Positions 1-13,610 of a stretch of DNA of 64,000 bases are shown here, piece by piece. The position numbers and the translations under genes are program-made. The DNA comes from Paraspadella gotoi. Lineage: Eukaryota; Animalia; Chaetognatha. The notes under the pieces were generated by a model, which worked only from the letters and a program-made list of their open reading frames with translations, searched no databases and was not told the DNA's origin. The stretch is taken from positions 1,256,537 through 1,320,536 of the forward strand of contig CM119269.1 in assembly GCA_051294375.1 (NCBI GenBank). Reading direction: 5' to 3'. How positions within the stretch are numbered: the first letter of the stretch is position 1; each line of letters begins with the position of its first letter.

Positions 1-304
1 TTCGGTAGAAACGATATATTTACCGAATGAACTGTAGACAAATCTGATTTTATATTTTATAAGTAGATTACTCAATAAAATCACAAGTTTCAGTTTCCGT
101 GCGAAATAATTAGGTAATTAACCTTAATAAACTTCTACGTCTTTTCAAAGTAGTTTGTGAAACATTATTCCACTTTATATTATTTCTTCGGCTTCGGAGG
201 TATTTTCCGTTTTCTTTAGACCAAATTTCCCCCGATAAAAACGCGACGAATTCCACTCCGATCGAGGAGATTCTGATTCCATCTTATCTCGAGGGAGAAA
301 CGCG

Positions 305-356
<52 letters not shown>

Positions 357-605
357 CCGGGCTTTCAACTCTAGAGCTTCCGAGTAATAACGGGGTTAAG
401 AGGGTCGAAATTGTTTGACCTCGTTCGGCGGGGGTCGACCACGAAGAAGGAGCGGGAGTCGGCGCCATCTCTTCCATTCATTTGCCTTCTGTGATTGCGT
501 GAGTTTGTCGCCGTTTCCCGAAAATTGTAATTATTAATTAAATATATAAGAAAGAAAATAAAATCGTCAGTCAAAATTTTCATTAAGAGTTGGCTTGCTA
601 AGAAA

Positions 606-671
<66 letters not shown>

Positions 672-3600
672 GTTTCTTTCTGCTTCAACAAACACGCCAA
701 AAATATTCTAATTTCCTCACACTTTTTTTCTCTGAAGTTTAGTATTCGTATTCGTATAAGAGAAGTTGCGTATAATAAAGTTTCTTCGAGATTCGACCCG
801 ACATCGAATTCTATTTTCATATTCTCATAATTCAATCTCGTGGATTTCAGAGATTCATGCTTTTCCTAAACTCTGACTTCCAAACGAAATGTCACGATGC
901 GAATGTAGGCCCTTTCCCCCGTCACGCGGGCGGGAGCTTAAACGATCTTGGCAGTTCCTTGTTTCTGAAGAGGAACTAATGTCCTCAGAGATGGATCTTT
1001 CAACAACGAAAAGCGGAAATAAAGCAAAAATAGAATTAACAAAGTCGAAGATAACCCTGACTCGAAAGGACAAGGGGAAATAGTAAGAGTAAAGATTCGA
1101 AATTCACCCTTGTTTTGAGAAAGACAATACTTGATATTTTTGAGAGATACTACAAATGAATATCATAATCATTTATATCATATATCGTTTCTGATTTTTA
1201 TTTATTCTTTTTATTTTACTTCAGAGATGACAAGGTTATCAGTTTGTTCATCAGCTTTTCATTGTGTTGTTTCGACTACGGTACGAACCTTGGAACCATA
1301 TTGCTTGGTGGTAAAATGATTAATACGTACGATTAGCTTGGTTAGACATACACGTATAGTCGCCGCAATACGATCAAAGTGTTGGACCCACCTGGCGAGG
1401 AGCGACGCTGCCTGGCGAAGGCGGCATCGAATCGCTAATCCTCTTCTCCCGATGCAATCAGTTTGGAAATAATGGAGCCGTAGTTTAAGCCACTACCGGC
1501 GGCGTGGCGGTGGCGGGGGAAAAGGCGGAGGAAAAGGCGGCGTTAGAGGCGGTTGCGGCGGTGGCGGCGGCGGCGGCGGTGATAAACGAGGAGGACACGT
1601 GCCCTACCTGGAATCTGGCGTTTTGGCGGCAGATGTGTCAGTGGTGAAGGAGGCGCAGTGGAGTGGATTGGCGACGGAGTTCCTGGAGGAGTGGAGGCGG
1701 AGTGGCCTGGGGAGTTGGGTGGGGAGTGACGTTGGGAGTGGAATAAGAGGATATGCTTTGTAGAAAACATCAAAACACTCTTGAGTCAACTTTTATCTAT
1801 CGTTTCAAGATTCGTAATAATAATTTTATAATAAAATCTTGAAGATAATTTTTAGGTTTTCAATTTAATTACTTAATATACTTTAAGCGTATTTATGTGC
1901 CAAGTTTACTTAGACCTATTTTCTTTTCCTCCGTTTCTCTATTCCTCTCTTCTCGGGCTCTCTCTCTCTGTCTCTCTGTCTTTCTGTCTCTTTCTGTCCA
2001 TCTGTGCGATAGTCCCCATTTACGAAATTTTCTATTTCCCGTATTTGGAGCCAAGCGAAGACTTTCATCTTAATGGGAACTGCAGCAGAAAGTTGCACGC
2101 TGGGGGTGGTGTGGGTGTGGAGGAGAGAGAGAAAGAGGGAGAGAGCAGATGAGATGAGAGGAGGGAGATATTTGAGAGAGAAAGAGAGAGAGAGAGAGAG
2201 AATATGAGAGTGGGAATGTTGTGAATGAAGAGGGTAATAGAGACGACGTTTAAACTAATGGATCCCCTTTATGTCTCCTCAAATCTGGAACCTTTTTTGA
2301 CCAAAGAAACTTGGCTTTGGGAATATGACTCTCGAATGGAAGTCGTTAAATAACAAAGACGTCGAGTCGTCGTTGTCATCGTTTTCTTTCTTCGTCAATG
2401 TCGTCATCTTTGTTATTGTTTCCATTTAGTGGCGATGGGAGACAATTCTCTGAAAAAGATCGTCTAAGGACTCACTGATTACCGCGTTGTTGTTGTTGTT
2501 GTTAAGTTCCGAAGCAAATACTCGTCTCTTTTTTGCCTTTAACTTTGCTGATTTACAACGAAATTTAATCTAAAATTAATATAAATAAAAATAATATTGT
2601 CTTCAAAAACGATATTCCTATAAACGAAAAAAAAACTTCGTATCTTCCTCAACTTCGTCGATTTCTCTCTCGTCCAAAGTTTCTGTTGTGAAGACTTAAG
2701 ACTGACTTCGATGTGAGAGATTTTCGTCGACGGGGTGACTCTGATTTTCGCGAGATCTGTGAACCACTGTTTTCATTAATATTTGTGAGAACAATTGCTA
2801 TTCTCCTTTAGCCATCTGTTTAAGTATATAGATTTTTTATAATTTTTATATTGGTTGTACCAATTTCATATATATATTTTAATTTCGCAAAAAGGTGCAA
2901 ATCCTAAAACTTTCGATGGTTACTGATTAGGAGCTGTTGATTATTTTTTATTTTCCCGATGTGACAAGTAAAACCGCCAACGAGTTTAAGTTAAAAACTG
3001 CAACAAACTGTTCGTAACTTTAAAATAGCTGTTTATGGTACTTAACTTGTATGCATAGCGAGTCCCGATCACCCCTTTCGATTTGTGGCGCGTTATGCAA
3101 ATTACTTTATAATAAGAGCATCTCAGCTCGAGATCTCTCGAATAATTGATGCGAATCTAATCGGGACAGATAAGAAAAGATGGAAAGAGAGAAAAAAAGA
3201 GTGAGAGCGAGTGATGGAGAAATGAAAGAGAGTAAAGAAAAAGGTGAAAGGAGTTGAAAAGGCATTTAAAAGATATCACGTTAAAATATATATAAAGCCA
3301 ATGCTCATTGCTCAGGCTTGACAATGACTATTCAATATTATAATAACAAAATAAACTAATAACGACCTTTTCGAATGTGGCAACCTCTAGACGAAAATTG
3401 AAAATCTGATTTTTTTTTTTGCTGAGATAACTCTGTCAAATTTCTGACCGAAGTGTCAAGTCGATGATAATGATGACAGAGACGGTGAATGAATAGAAGA
3501 TAATGACAAAGTAACGATGACTCTGACAGTTTGGTTGACAGAGGAAGCGACAGCGACTGCGTCGTGAAGATGTGAGAAAAAAGAAAAAAAAATCGTATTT

Positions 3601-3707
3601 TCTTTTTTTTAACGATTTATTGGATCTAACGCTTCACGAGGGGCGCGACTCTATCTCCATCTCGCAGCTCTCTATGTCGCTCTCGCCTTCCTCTTTCCTT
3701 TTTACAC

Positions 3708-3761
<54 letters not shown>

Positions 3762-3853
3762 ATTAAAAAAACCTCTAGGTGAGATAAGAACTGAAATAAT
3801 GAAGTAATGAAAAAATCGCGAGAAAAGGTAATGCCCAGGTACGTCTAGTATAG

Positions 3854-5361
3854 TATTAGATATGTCGCTCCGCGCTTAAAAAAAAATTCGAAAGAACGAA
3901 GCGGTTTTTGATAATTTTGGTTCCTAGCATTTTTTGCACCAGTAGATATTAAATATAAAAATAAAATAAAAGTAAATATTACAAAACCATTGATGATTTT
4001 CTGAAACTGCAGTGTTTGGGCTATCCAACGCCGCCTGAACAAAGAAAAATCCATAAAGGTCTTGTACTAAAAATACTGAAAACTAAACACGGTCTTAGTC
4101 TGAATTTCCTTTAAAATTTTTGTTATTTTGCGGTATTTACTGTATAAGTCAAATAAATATACAGCGGTTATGCACTGATTTCCGATTCTGTTGGGTTTAG
4201 GCCTAACTTTCAAGCGCATAATGAAAAAAAATAAATTGACGTCATAGTTAAGAAATAATAGCAATTAATCAAAATATTCTTTCTCAGAATTGTTGTCATT
4301 TTTGTTTCTTACTGTTTTTGCCAAACATGCCCTTTAAAATTATAAAAATAAAGTAGTGGCGAAAAGAAACTACAATGTCTTAGGTACATTTCGTTGCCGG
4401 AACAAAGAAAAATTCATTGATATCATAGTATCAATATGGAGCCTTGAAATAACTCATTTTTCTTTGCAATTTACCCCTTTATTGATTAAAGCCTTGTATT
4501 TTTAAATAAAATAAAAACAACACATTTTACATACAGCTACAGTATTAGCGTGTTATTAAAGTTGTAGTGTTTTTTTAAAAAATTGTTATATTAATATAGC
4601 TAATGGGCTTTATGCAAAGGTTTTAATTTGCACCTGGAAGTGACAAAATTTAAAATCTGATGATACAGTCTTTTAGCCCTATGTCGGGTAGTTTTTTAAA
4701 TCAGCCGGAACAAAGTTTGAACTCCTTAAATTTCATATTTAAATCATATGTTTTTTTAAGGTTCCTACTTGAATTTTTTAAATTTTTTTCTTTTCAACAA
4801 AATTATAATCTCTTACTTATTATTATATAAACATTTAAAGATAGAAAAATTTTGTTTATATCAGAAACAGAATTCAAATCTTTTCTCTTTCAGATCTATA
4901 TTTATTTATTTTAAATATGGCAAAAGTTGTGTTTAATTTAATTTCAAAAGTTTTATTACTTTGACTAAGATTCCGATCCAGATTTTAAAAAAAATCCTTG
5001 AAACATTTGAGAAAAAATTATATGGAAAGATGCCCCTAATTATGGCTTTAATTTTGATACTAGTCTCATCTTCTATCATTTTGTTCAAAAGATATCCAAA
5101 AAAATCAATTTTTTTATTACCAATTAGGACACTCGGCCGAAGCTAAAAAATTTAAGTGGAACCAAAAAGAAAATTTAACGAACGCAGATTTGTTTTAAAA
5201 ATTGGGCGTGGAAAATGACCATTTTTTGTAGATTATTTTTCAACGCGTGGGTCGATTTGATTTGAAATGTTTACATTCACAATATTGACATCATTTCCTA
5301 TCAGTAAAAGTAAAAAATATTTAAAATAACATTATAAACGACCGGGTAACTTGCCTATTAA
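3854..5361. mobile_element. ~1.5-kb AT-rich non-coding insertion (probable non-autonomous DNA element)
   Basis: It interrupts a sequence that occurs uninterrupted at 5665-6000. TAGTATAG flanks both sides (3846-3853, 5362-5369), a possible 8-bp TSD in low-complexity context. The internal motif GCCKGAACAAAG recurs. Terminal inverted repeats are weak. Confidence 0.5.
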
Positions 5362-5594
5362 TAGTATAGTATAATAGATTAGTTATAGTATAGTATATTA
5401 TAGTATTATTATAGAGAAGAAAAAGTTGAATTTACCAGTCAACATCGAGAAGAGAAGTAGAGAGAGAGGGAGCGAGAGGGGAAGATGAACGCAGATCCGG
5501 TAGAATTAGAGATTTAAAAAGGTCTTAGTAGAGAGAAGTAAATCGAGACGGGAAGAGAGGGAGTTTAGAGGCAGAAGAAGAGAGAGAAGGAGAG

Positions 5595-5629
<35 letters not shown>

Positions 5630-5973
5630 AGAGAGAGAGGAGAAGAGAGAGAGAAGGAGGAAGGGAGGAGAATTTAAAAAAAACCCTCTAGGTGAGATAA
5701 GAACTGAAATAATGAGGTAATGAAAAGATCGCGAGAAAAGGTAATGCCCAGGTACGTCTAGTATAGATAGTATAATATAGATTAGTATAGTATAGTATAG
5801 TATATATAGAGAAGAAAAGTTGAATTTACTCTAGTTGACAACATCGAGAAGAGAGAAGAGAAGAGAGAGAGCGAGAGAGGAAGATGAACGCAGGATGGAT
5901 TGGATGGAATTAGAGATTTAAAAAAGGTCTAGTAGAGAAAGATAACGAGACGGGAGAGAGAGGGAGTTTTAGG

Positions 5974-6036
<63 letters not shown>

Positions 6037-6358
6037 ATAGAAAATCGCGATATCTTTCGAAATGAATGACGGCGGTGACGGCGTCCGACTCTTCCGGGCT
6101 CCACGGCGCCAACGCCTGCAACGTTTGAGTAGAAAAGAATATTTCAGTTTTAGATGCAGTAATACGTTGGAACGTAATTTAACAAAAAAATTAATTAATA
6201 TTTATATCGCTGTAGCCTTTGTTATGTTGGTAGTATTTCAGCCTGAACAAAATGATAATTTTATCAACTTTAACAGACGTGAAAATAATATCAGAGATTT
6301 TGGTCGCGTTAAAAAGTGCGCCTGCGTGCACAAACTGCACATCCTTGCGGCAGAAAGT

Positions 6359-6394
<36 letters not shown>

Positions 6395-6944
6395 TCAGAG
6401 GTCGGGGATAAAATGGGTAGAAATTTTTCTAGTCGAGAATAGACAGTCGCCCGTCTCGCGCCGTCGCGCCCCCATCGCGACAAAAAGGGTCGGAACAAAA
6501 GGTCAATGGTGGGAATTGAAAAGGAAAGCGAGATAAGGAAAGTCGATCCCTTCCGACCGAAATAAAAAATGGGGGGAAGGTAGGGGGGGGAGGAAGAGGG
6601 ACTTTGAAAAGGGACAGACGGACAGACGGAGGAGGAAAGGAGATAGTAAGATAGAAAGAAAAGGAAGGAAAAGAAAAAAAAGGGGAATAAAAAGAAAGAA
6701 AAAGATGAGAACCATTCAACGAAACCTTGACGACTTCCGTTTTGCTCCACGAGTTCCATCTAATGTTAGTGAGGGCGCAGTGGGAGTAAGACGTCATAAA
6801 CGAAATCTGTCGCTATGTCGAAAAATAATATTGATGTCTAAAGAGTATATTACTTTAACATAATATTAAAAAGAAAATATAAGTTGGGATTTAACTTGAA
6901 GCAAATTAAGCAAATAAATCAAATTATACATACTAACTGAAGGG

Positions 6945-7119
6945 ACTCGACCGTGATTCCTACTGAAAGAGAGGAAGTAGATTCGAAGCTTTTTGCGCGT
7001 TGGCGAATCCAAGTGGTCATTCCATTCAATGGATGAAGCATCTTGGGATTTCCGGAACGTTTATCATAATTATCGTCATCACCATCACAGTTCCGTCTGT
7101 CATGACTCATGACTGTCAT
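6945..7119 (-). CDS. Candidate exon of a minus-strand gene in the first 8 kb
   Basis: Non-repetitive ORF MTVMSHDRRN..WIRQRAKSFESTSS.. followed by a GTATGT donor near 6930. Further GC-rich exon-like patches lie near 6725-6806, 6060-6116, 1607-1757 and 350-480. I could not build a consistent model. Confidence 0.2.
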
Positions 7120-8355
7120 CGTTTTCGTTGGAAAGAGAAGTTGGAGGGAGATTTTAAAGCTTTTTAGCCTTTGAATTTACAGCTAGTGTTTGGGTGGAAA
7201 GCGAAAGAAGGATAGAAAGAAAGAAAAAAAGAAAGAAAGACAGAAATAAAGAAATAAAGAAATAAAGAAATAAAGAAATAAAGAAATAAAGAAATAAAGA
7301 AAGAAAAGAAAGAAAGAAATAAAGAAATAAAGAAATAAAGAAATAAAGAAAGAAAAGAAAGAAAGAAAAGAAAGAAAGAAAAACGTAAAGAAAAACGTCG
7401 GAAAGGTTTCTTAGAAACAGACGTTGAGAAACTCGCAAATCACGAGAACACATTTCTGAGTTTTTTTTTCCCTTCTTCCGGATCACCGAGGTGACGTTGG
7501 GGAAATTTAGATGGAAAAGAGGGTTCTAAGGTGATTGGAGTGAATTAGGTGAGATTGGACGAGATGAGATGAGATGAGATGAGGAGAGATGAAAGTCGGA
7601 AAACGACAGTCGAGAGAATTTTTCCCCGAGAAGATTAAAGGGAGGAAATGTTGAAGGATTCTCTGACCGAGGTCTGAGAAGGAAAGGAGGAAGAGAAAGG
7701 AAAGGGGGAAAAAGGGGAAAAGGAAAAAGGATAGGAGGGTGTGAAAGGGGAATAAAGAGAGAGAATGAAAGGGGAATAAGAGTTAGAGACAGGAAAGAAA
7801 GAAAAGCACAGGAAATGGATGGTGAAAAAGAAGAGAATGAAATGGAAATAAGCAAAAAAGGAAGAAAATAGAAAATAGAGGAATCGAAAGTGTAAATAAA
7901 TGCGTGAGAAGGGAAAGAAGATAAGTAAGGAAAGTGACCAAGAGTGGGTCGCCATGCCCTTCAGACGCCGCCTATTTTTACGAAATTCGCCTTGACTGTT
8001 ACCTTCACTGTTTGCCATGTCCCGTTGTGTCACGTTGTGAATAGCCCCCTCCCCTCTAAGTTGTTATAAGAGATATTATCAGTGTTTTCAATTCACTACT
8101 TGAGGAACAGAAAAATGGTATTAAAAAGTCTAAAATCGGAACGATTAGTGAATGTAAGTAGTAATGAAATGGTTAGGCAAATTGTTTCTCTATTTTATAG
8201 TTTAAGATCAAGCCTAGATTAAATAACTTTTATAATTTCTCTATTATTCTTTACATCCGTAATTTTTTGGAACAAATACAGAAGTAAAATATTATTTAAA
8301 TCACGTCCCAGTTAAGATTCGCTCGGGCCAAGAAAAGAAGAGAAAATATGATAAT

Positions 8356-8460
<105 letters not shown>

Positions 8461-9578
8461 GTGATTAAGAAATCCCGGGGAATTTCAAGTCATCCAGAGG
8501 GAGCAGTGAAGACGAGCCCCTTGGGGAGAGAGGCGAAGTCGAAAAGGGAAGAGAAAGAAAGCGAAGTGAGAGTGGTGACTTGTGAAGGTGGTGGGGGTGG
8601 TGAATAAGATGGAGGTGGATGAGAGAAGGGGAGACGGGGCAGAGTGAGTACTGAATATCGATAAGAGAGAATGGAAGGAAAACAGGAAACATCCCAGAGA
8701 TGAGTAGTTAGAAAAGTAAGAAAACAAAAACAAATAAAAGGCAAAAAGATTAAAAGAAAGAAAAATATGAGAGGCACTCAAGTTGTTTCTCTTTTTATTT
8801 ATTTTTTAAGTCCATTACATCGTGATTAGTTAAGATTAACAGGATATAGATTGTATATATTGAATACATTGTATATTGTTAATGTCAGTTACAAATGCAT
8901 TATGCAATTTTCGAGATTGAAATACGATGAGAATTTAATTTAGTGATGTTCTTTTGCCTGGTTTTAAAAAAAAATATTGGAGAGCCGCTTGGAGGAGCAT
9001 TAGGTTTAATACATGTACTTGGTTCTCGCGGAAAAAAAACAAAAGACTTTTGAAAGAGATAAGCTATTCTATACAGACGACAGTATATATAGTAAAATGT
9101 TCTATTGTATAGTTCAATTATGAAAAAAATGGTACAAAAAATATATTTTGAAAAATTATCTAACTTACACCCGTCTTGGGACTGGCTATGGCTTTTATGA
9201 AACACCAGTTGTTTTAACTCTACCAGTCTCGAAATACCGTTATGATATTAACACTACCAAAATAAATGTTAATGATTTATTAAAGCAAATAAATTGAAAA
9301 AAAAATTGAAAAATTCAAGTGGTATAGAATTATTTATAAAAATTTTTATTACTCGGGTCTAACCTTTTTTAAAAATGTGAAATTGGTCGTTTGATGCGAT
9401 TCACAATATACGTAGGGCCTTATCTTTCCGATTTGTTATTTTTGGAATTCAAAACCATCGCGCATAAAAAAAATTAAAGAAAGATATAAATTATTACATT
9501 CCCAAAACGTTTCAATATTGACCGGGAGTTTTTATGACGCTTCTTTTTTATTCGTATTGAATTTTCTATGAAATTAAG

Positions 9579-11686
9579 ATGATGAAGAACAATTATCTTT
9601 GCGTTTTGACTGTTTCTCTTTTCTTGGGTAAGCTTTTGTCACTTGTCACTGCCGTATTTCATAACCTAAGTTCGATCCTAGTTTTACATTATTTATTTTT
9701 TATATACTTTTTATTTTATTAAATAACCATCAAACGATCAAACTTGAATAGAAATGATGGGAAAGCAATTTTTATTCGTTGAAAAGAATATAAAAATTAT
9801 CCATTCATTTAATAAATAAGCTATCTTGCCCCTGACTTTGGACAGGCTTTGGTGGTTTAAGGCCTCCATCACTCTTACAATATAATGACATAGCAGGTCA
9901 AGGTCCAGGTCCAGATCCAGGTCCAGGTCCGTGTAAGAGTTGAGGAAAAACAATAAAAAAAGTAAAATAAACTTGCTCCTTAATAGTTACTACGATTTTC
10001 TTTTCTTTCACAGCAAAATTGACATCGTCCGCCTCCATAGGTGAGACGAGACAGAAAATGTAAATCGGAAAGCGATAATTTATACTTGATTAAATTAAAT
10101 TAAATTAGAAATCTAATTCTAAATCTAAATCTAAAGCGATGATTTAAACGAGCAATTAAATTCTAAACCTAATTTAGTTCTAAATCTAATTCTAAATCTA
10201 AATCTAAAGTGATGATTTATACTTGATTTAAACGAGCAATTAAATTCTAAATCTAATTAAGTTCTAAATCTAATTCTAAATCTAAATCTAAAGCAATAAT
10301 TTATACTTGATTGAACGAGCAATTAAATTTTTAAATCTAATTAAGTTCTAAATCTAATTCTAAATCTAAATCTAAAGCAAGGATATATACTTGATTTAAA
10401 CGAGCAATTAAATTCTAAATCTAATTAAATTCTAAATCTAATTCTAAATCTAAATCTAAAGCGATAATTTATACTAGACCAAACGAGCAATTAAATTCTA
10501 AATCCTAAGGAAACGTGGAGATTCCGGATTCCGGCGGAAACGGAGACAGCGCCGGTGACGCGGGTACGTTTTTTCTTTTTCTCAATACTATAAATAGTAT
10601 AAATAAATAAATACTGCTAATTTAATATTCCCGTTAACACGGAAGAAACGACGACGACGACGATAGCGCCGGAAACGACGATGGCGACGACGAAGGATTC
10701 AACGACGACGAACACGACGATGTCGGAACCCGACGCCGCGAATATCCAGTTGGACTCTTGCTCTTCTTATCCCGGCCTTCCGTATTGCGACGCCGCCACC
10801 GTGAGTCCTCTTCTTGCTTCTATGTTTATTTGTGCTGCTTTTAAGTTTTTTTTTAACTGATCGAGATGTTTCTTTTCACGCTCTGGTTTTTTTTGGGAGA
10901 TACAGTAATTACTGTCAGTAGTTTTCACTTTCAAAGGCTTATAAAGTTGTATTAAGATGATCTTGCTTGACACAACTGTTTCGTTTTTTTAGTTTCGCCG
11001 CGGTGCAACTCAATTTAATTTACTTTTCAGTCGGTCGGTCTGTTGGTCGGTGGGTCAGTCAGTTGGTATATCCTACTATATCCTACTTGAGTTAAAAATG
11101 CACATAACTAGGATAATACTTAATCAATTTAGTCTTTATTTGGTAGGAAGGTAAGATACCATGAGACCTTTAACACGCAGTCCCGTGAACATCTTACATG
11201 ACTTAATATTCAATACAGCATAATACATAATTTACCTAGGTATTTTATTTAATACTGGATATCCGTGAATGATTGTTATGCATATGTTTTATACTTTAGA
11301 AGTCATGTGACCACACAGAACTATGGTCACGTGATCGCATAATAAATGAGGCATATTTCGCGTAATATTTGGTAGTTTTAGTTAGAATTCTGCAGATAAA
11401 TAATCGACCATTAGACGTTTGTAGTTATGTAGTTATGTAGTCACGTGATCACTTAGAAATAAACTAAATTATTAGGTAATGGATATGGGAACGAACGTTT
11501 ACTCCATGGTGGCCGACTACGCGCTTCAAATCATTTCCATCGCTTACGCCAAAATGGTTTCTTTACCTTTTCATTTAATTTATTATTTACGTACTTTTTA
11601 ATTTATTATTTCCCTACTTTTTAATAGTTATTTTTTTTTTTTAAATGTCACTTCTTTTTTACTCCCGACAGGAGGATGTAGTGTGA
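9579..11686 (+). CDS. Small secreted Thr-rich/acidic protein, 99 aa, 5 exons, C-terminal Cys-x8-Cys loop
   Basis: Exons are 9579-9627, 10014-10040, 10510-10563, 10646-10800 and 11672-11686, 300 nt in total. Donors are GTAAGC, GTGAGA, GTACGT and GTGAGT; phases 1-1-1-0 all match. The protein is MMKNNYLCVLTVSLFLAKLTSSASIGNVEIPDSGGNGDSAGDAETTTTTIAPETTMATTKDSTTTNTTMSEPDAANIQLDSCSSYPGLPYCDAATEDVV. It has a signal-peptide-like N-terminus, and TATAAA lies at 9485. Two acceptors are AAG. Confidence 0.7.
9787..9902 (+). repeat. Short interspersed repeat family (copy 1)
   Basis: The motif aatataaaaattatccattcatttaataaataagctatcttgcccctgactttggacag.. recurs at 33281-33412 and 54976-55052, inverted at 52993-53067, and as an inverted fragment near 2843-2870. 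Confidence 0.8.
10065..10505. repeat. 84-bp tandem minisatellite (~5 units) filling intron 2 of the secreted-peptide gene
   Basis: The unit aaagYRa..tatacttgatttaaacgagcaattaaattctaaatctaattaagttctaaatctaattctaaatctaaatct recurs near 10206, 10290, 10374 and 10458. Confidence 0.9.
10985..11530 (+). mobile_element. Second HINE-like family member inside intron 4 of the secreted-peptide gene
   Basis: It shows a T-run, an imperfect hairpin AGTTTCGCC-GC-GGTGCAACT, a (GGTC/AGTC)n microsatellite at 11028-11065 and repeated GTCAYGTGA motifs. It ends in a GC-richer terminus (ggtggccgactacgcgc) near 11508-11525. Confidence 0.35.
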
Positions 11687-13218
11687 CGCTATGGAATTGC
11701 AAAGAAGAGTTGAATGAACCGCAGGAGCGAACTTGAAATATTACACCCAAAAATGACATTTATGTGTATTAACCGCTTCAAAAGCTTTTGAATATTTTTT
11801 AAGAAATATGTTATTGAGGCGACTTACCAAAGGTCTTTCTCTCTAACCGGTGGTAAGTCGACTCATTATAATATTCATACACTTAAATAGATTGAATCGA
11901 TAAATATTAAAAAAAGGGGTATGCGGTATGCCCTCCGATCAACTTTTGAGCCACAATTTGATTATTCACTCTCAATTTCTTCGCGTTGATAAAAAGTTTT
12001 TAAAATGTTAATTAAATTATGTCTTCCATTCGGGTCTGACTTCCATCGCTTCAAATTAAATCGAAAAAAAAAACTGAGGTCCATTCATCAATTTTATTGA
12101 GACTAGAACATTGCATAAATTAAACGAATTACAATCATACTTAGATACATTAATAGCACAATCGCTACAACGAAGAATAAGGTTTTTGTGAATAAACTGC
12201 TAGCGATAGTGGAACTGGCTAGTTTTTTTTTTCGCTGATTCATAATTCTATAAAAATAAGTTTTATACCGTGCGATCAAGACAAAGAAAGTCTTATCTAA
12301 CCGCGACATCAAGAGTGGTTGACATGTAACAAAAATATTTGTGACCAAAAAAAAAAAATTACTTGGTGTCTTCTGTCCTTAATTAAATTTATTTAGAATT
12401 ATGATTGCTTTTTCAAGGGTGGAGTTCATGATAAAAAAAAAACATCAATCGGCATTTAAAATTTCTCATTCGATTCAAAATAACGAGTATTTTGCTTCTG
12501 CATTTTTTTTTTAATCTACGGACATTTGTTTACCAACAAGTTACAAAGTAAAACATTTAGATAATTTATCCAAGAAAGGCTATTGCGAAAATGGAGAAAC
12601 CGGCTTAAATAAACAATTAATTATTATTAAACAATATACTATTAAATATTCGCCCCTAACCGTATTCTACGCCGCACGAATTTCCGTTAATCTCTTGTAG
12701 ATGCGACAAAAAATAAAGTCGGTAATGAGTCGAGCCAGATTTTCCACCCAGTAGATATTAAATTATTAACTTTTAATTATTAATATTTTTTTCTAGTCTT
12801 TATCTCTAAACCACTAAAAAAAAAAGGAAAATGAACAAAAATGACAAAACAGAAAATCAAAACTATCATTTTATAGAATTCACGTAATATCACTTCGACA
12901 ACAAGAAATAAATATGAAGCGTTTTTGTTTGTTTTTATGTTCAAGGAAAAACAATCTTTGTTTTGTTCTCTAGAGATGAACCCAAGCATTTCAAAGAGAA
13001 AAAAGAGAGAGCGGATTTTGAAAAGTCAGTTCCGACCAGAGATAGAGATAGAGAGAGAAAGAAGGGGGGGAGGGATAGAGAGGGATTTGGTGTCATGAAT
13101 ACGCGAGAGATCATTAGCTCGAAATTCCCTCGCGTTTACTCAATTTCATTCTCTAAAATTTTTTTTTCAATTTCACTGATTTGTAGAAAGTTTTGTCTTG
13201 CGCCGCGCGAAGAGAGAG

Positions 13219-13306
<88 letters not shown>

Positions 13307-13610
13307 AGAGAAAATTCGTAAGAACAAAAAAATAACATTAATCGACACACACAAACACACACTAATTTGTAAAATTAACTAAGATTAGTATCCTCTTGGT
13401 GTATTAAAATCATTTATTTGTCCATTTGTTTTTTTGTTTTTTTTAAGTTTGGATCGAATTTTTTTCGCGATCACTCGTTGTTTCCATTTATCGATTTCTA
13501 TCGACAGAAAGCGCGCCGACCTAAGTCAACGTCGCGTTCTTTTGTTTTCAGAAGAACTAAAAGCGCGTGATTTCTTCTCTCCATCTTTCGGGCGTCGAAG
13601 CCTCGCCCGA

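Noticed and set aside
10065-10505. Regularly spaced repeats as a CRISPR array (also 31925-32230)
   Set aside because: The units are head-to-tail with no unique spacers, there are no cas genes, and the context is eukaryotic.
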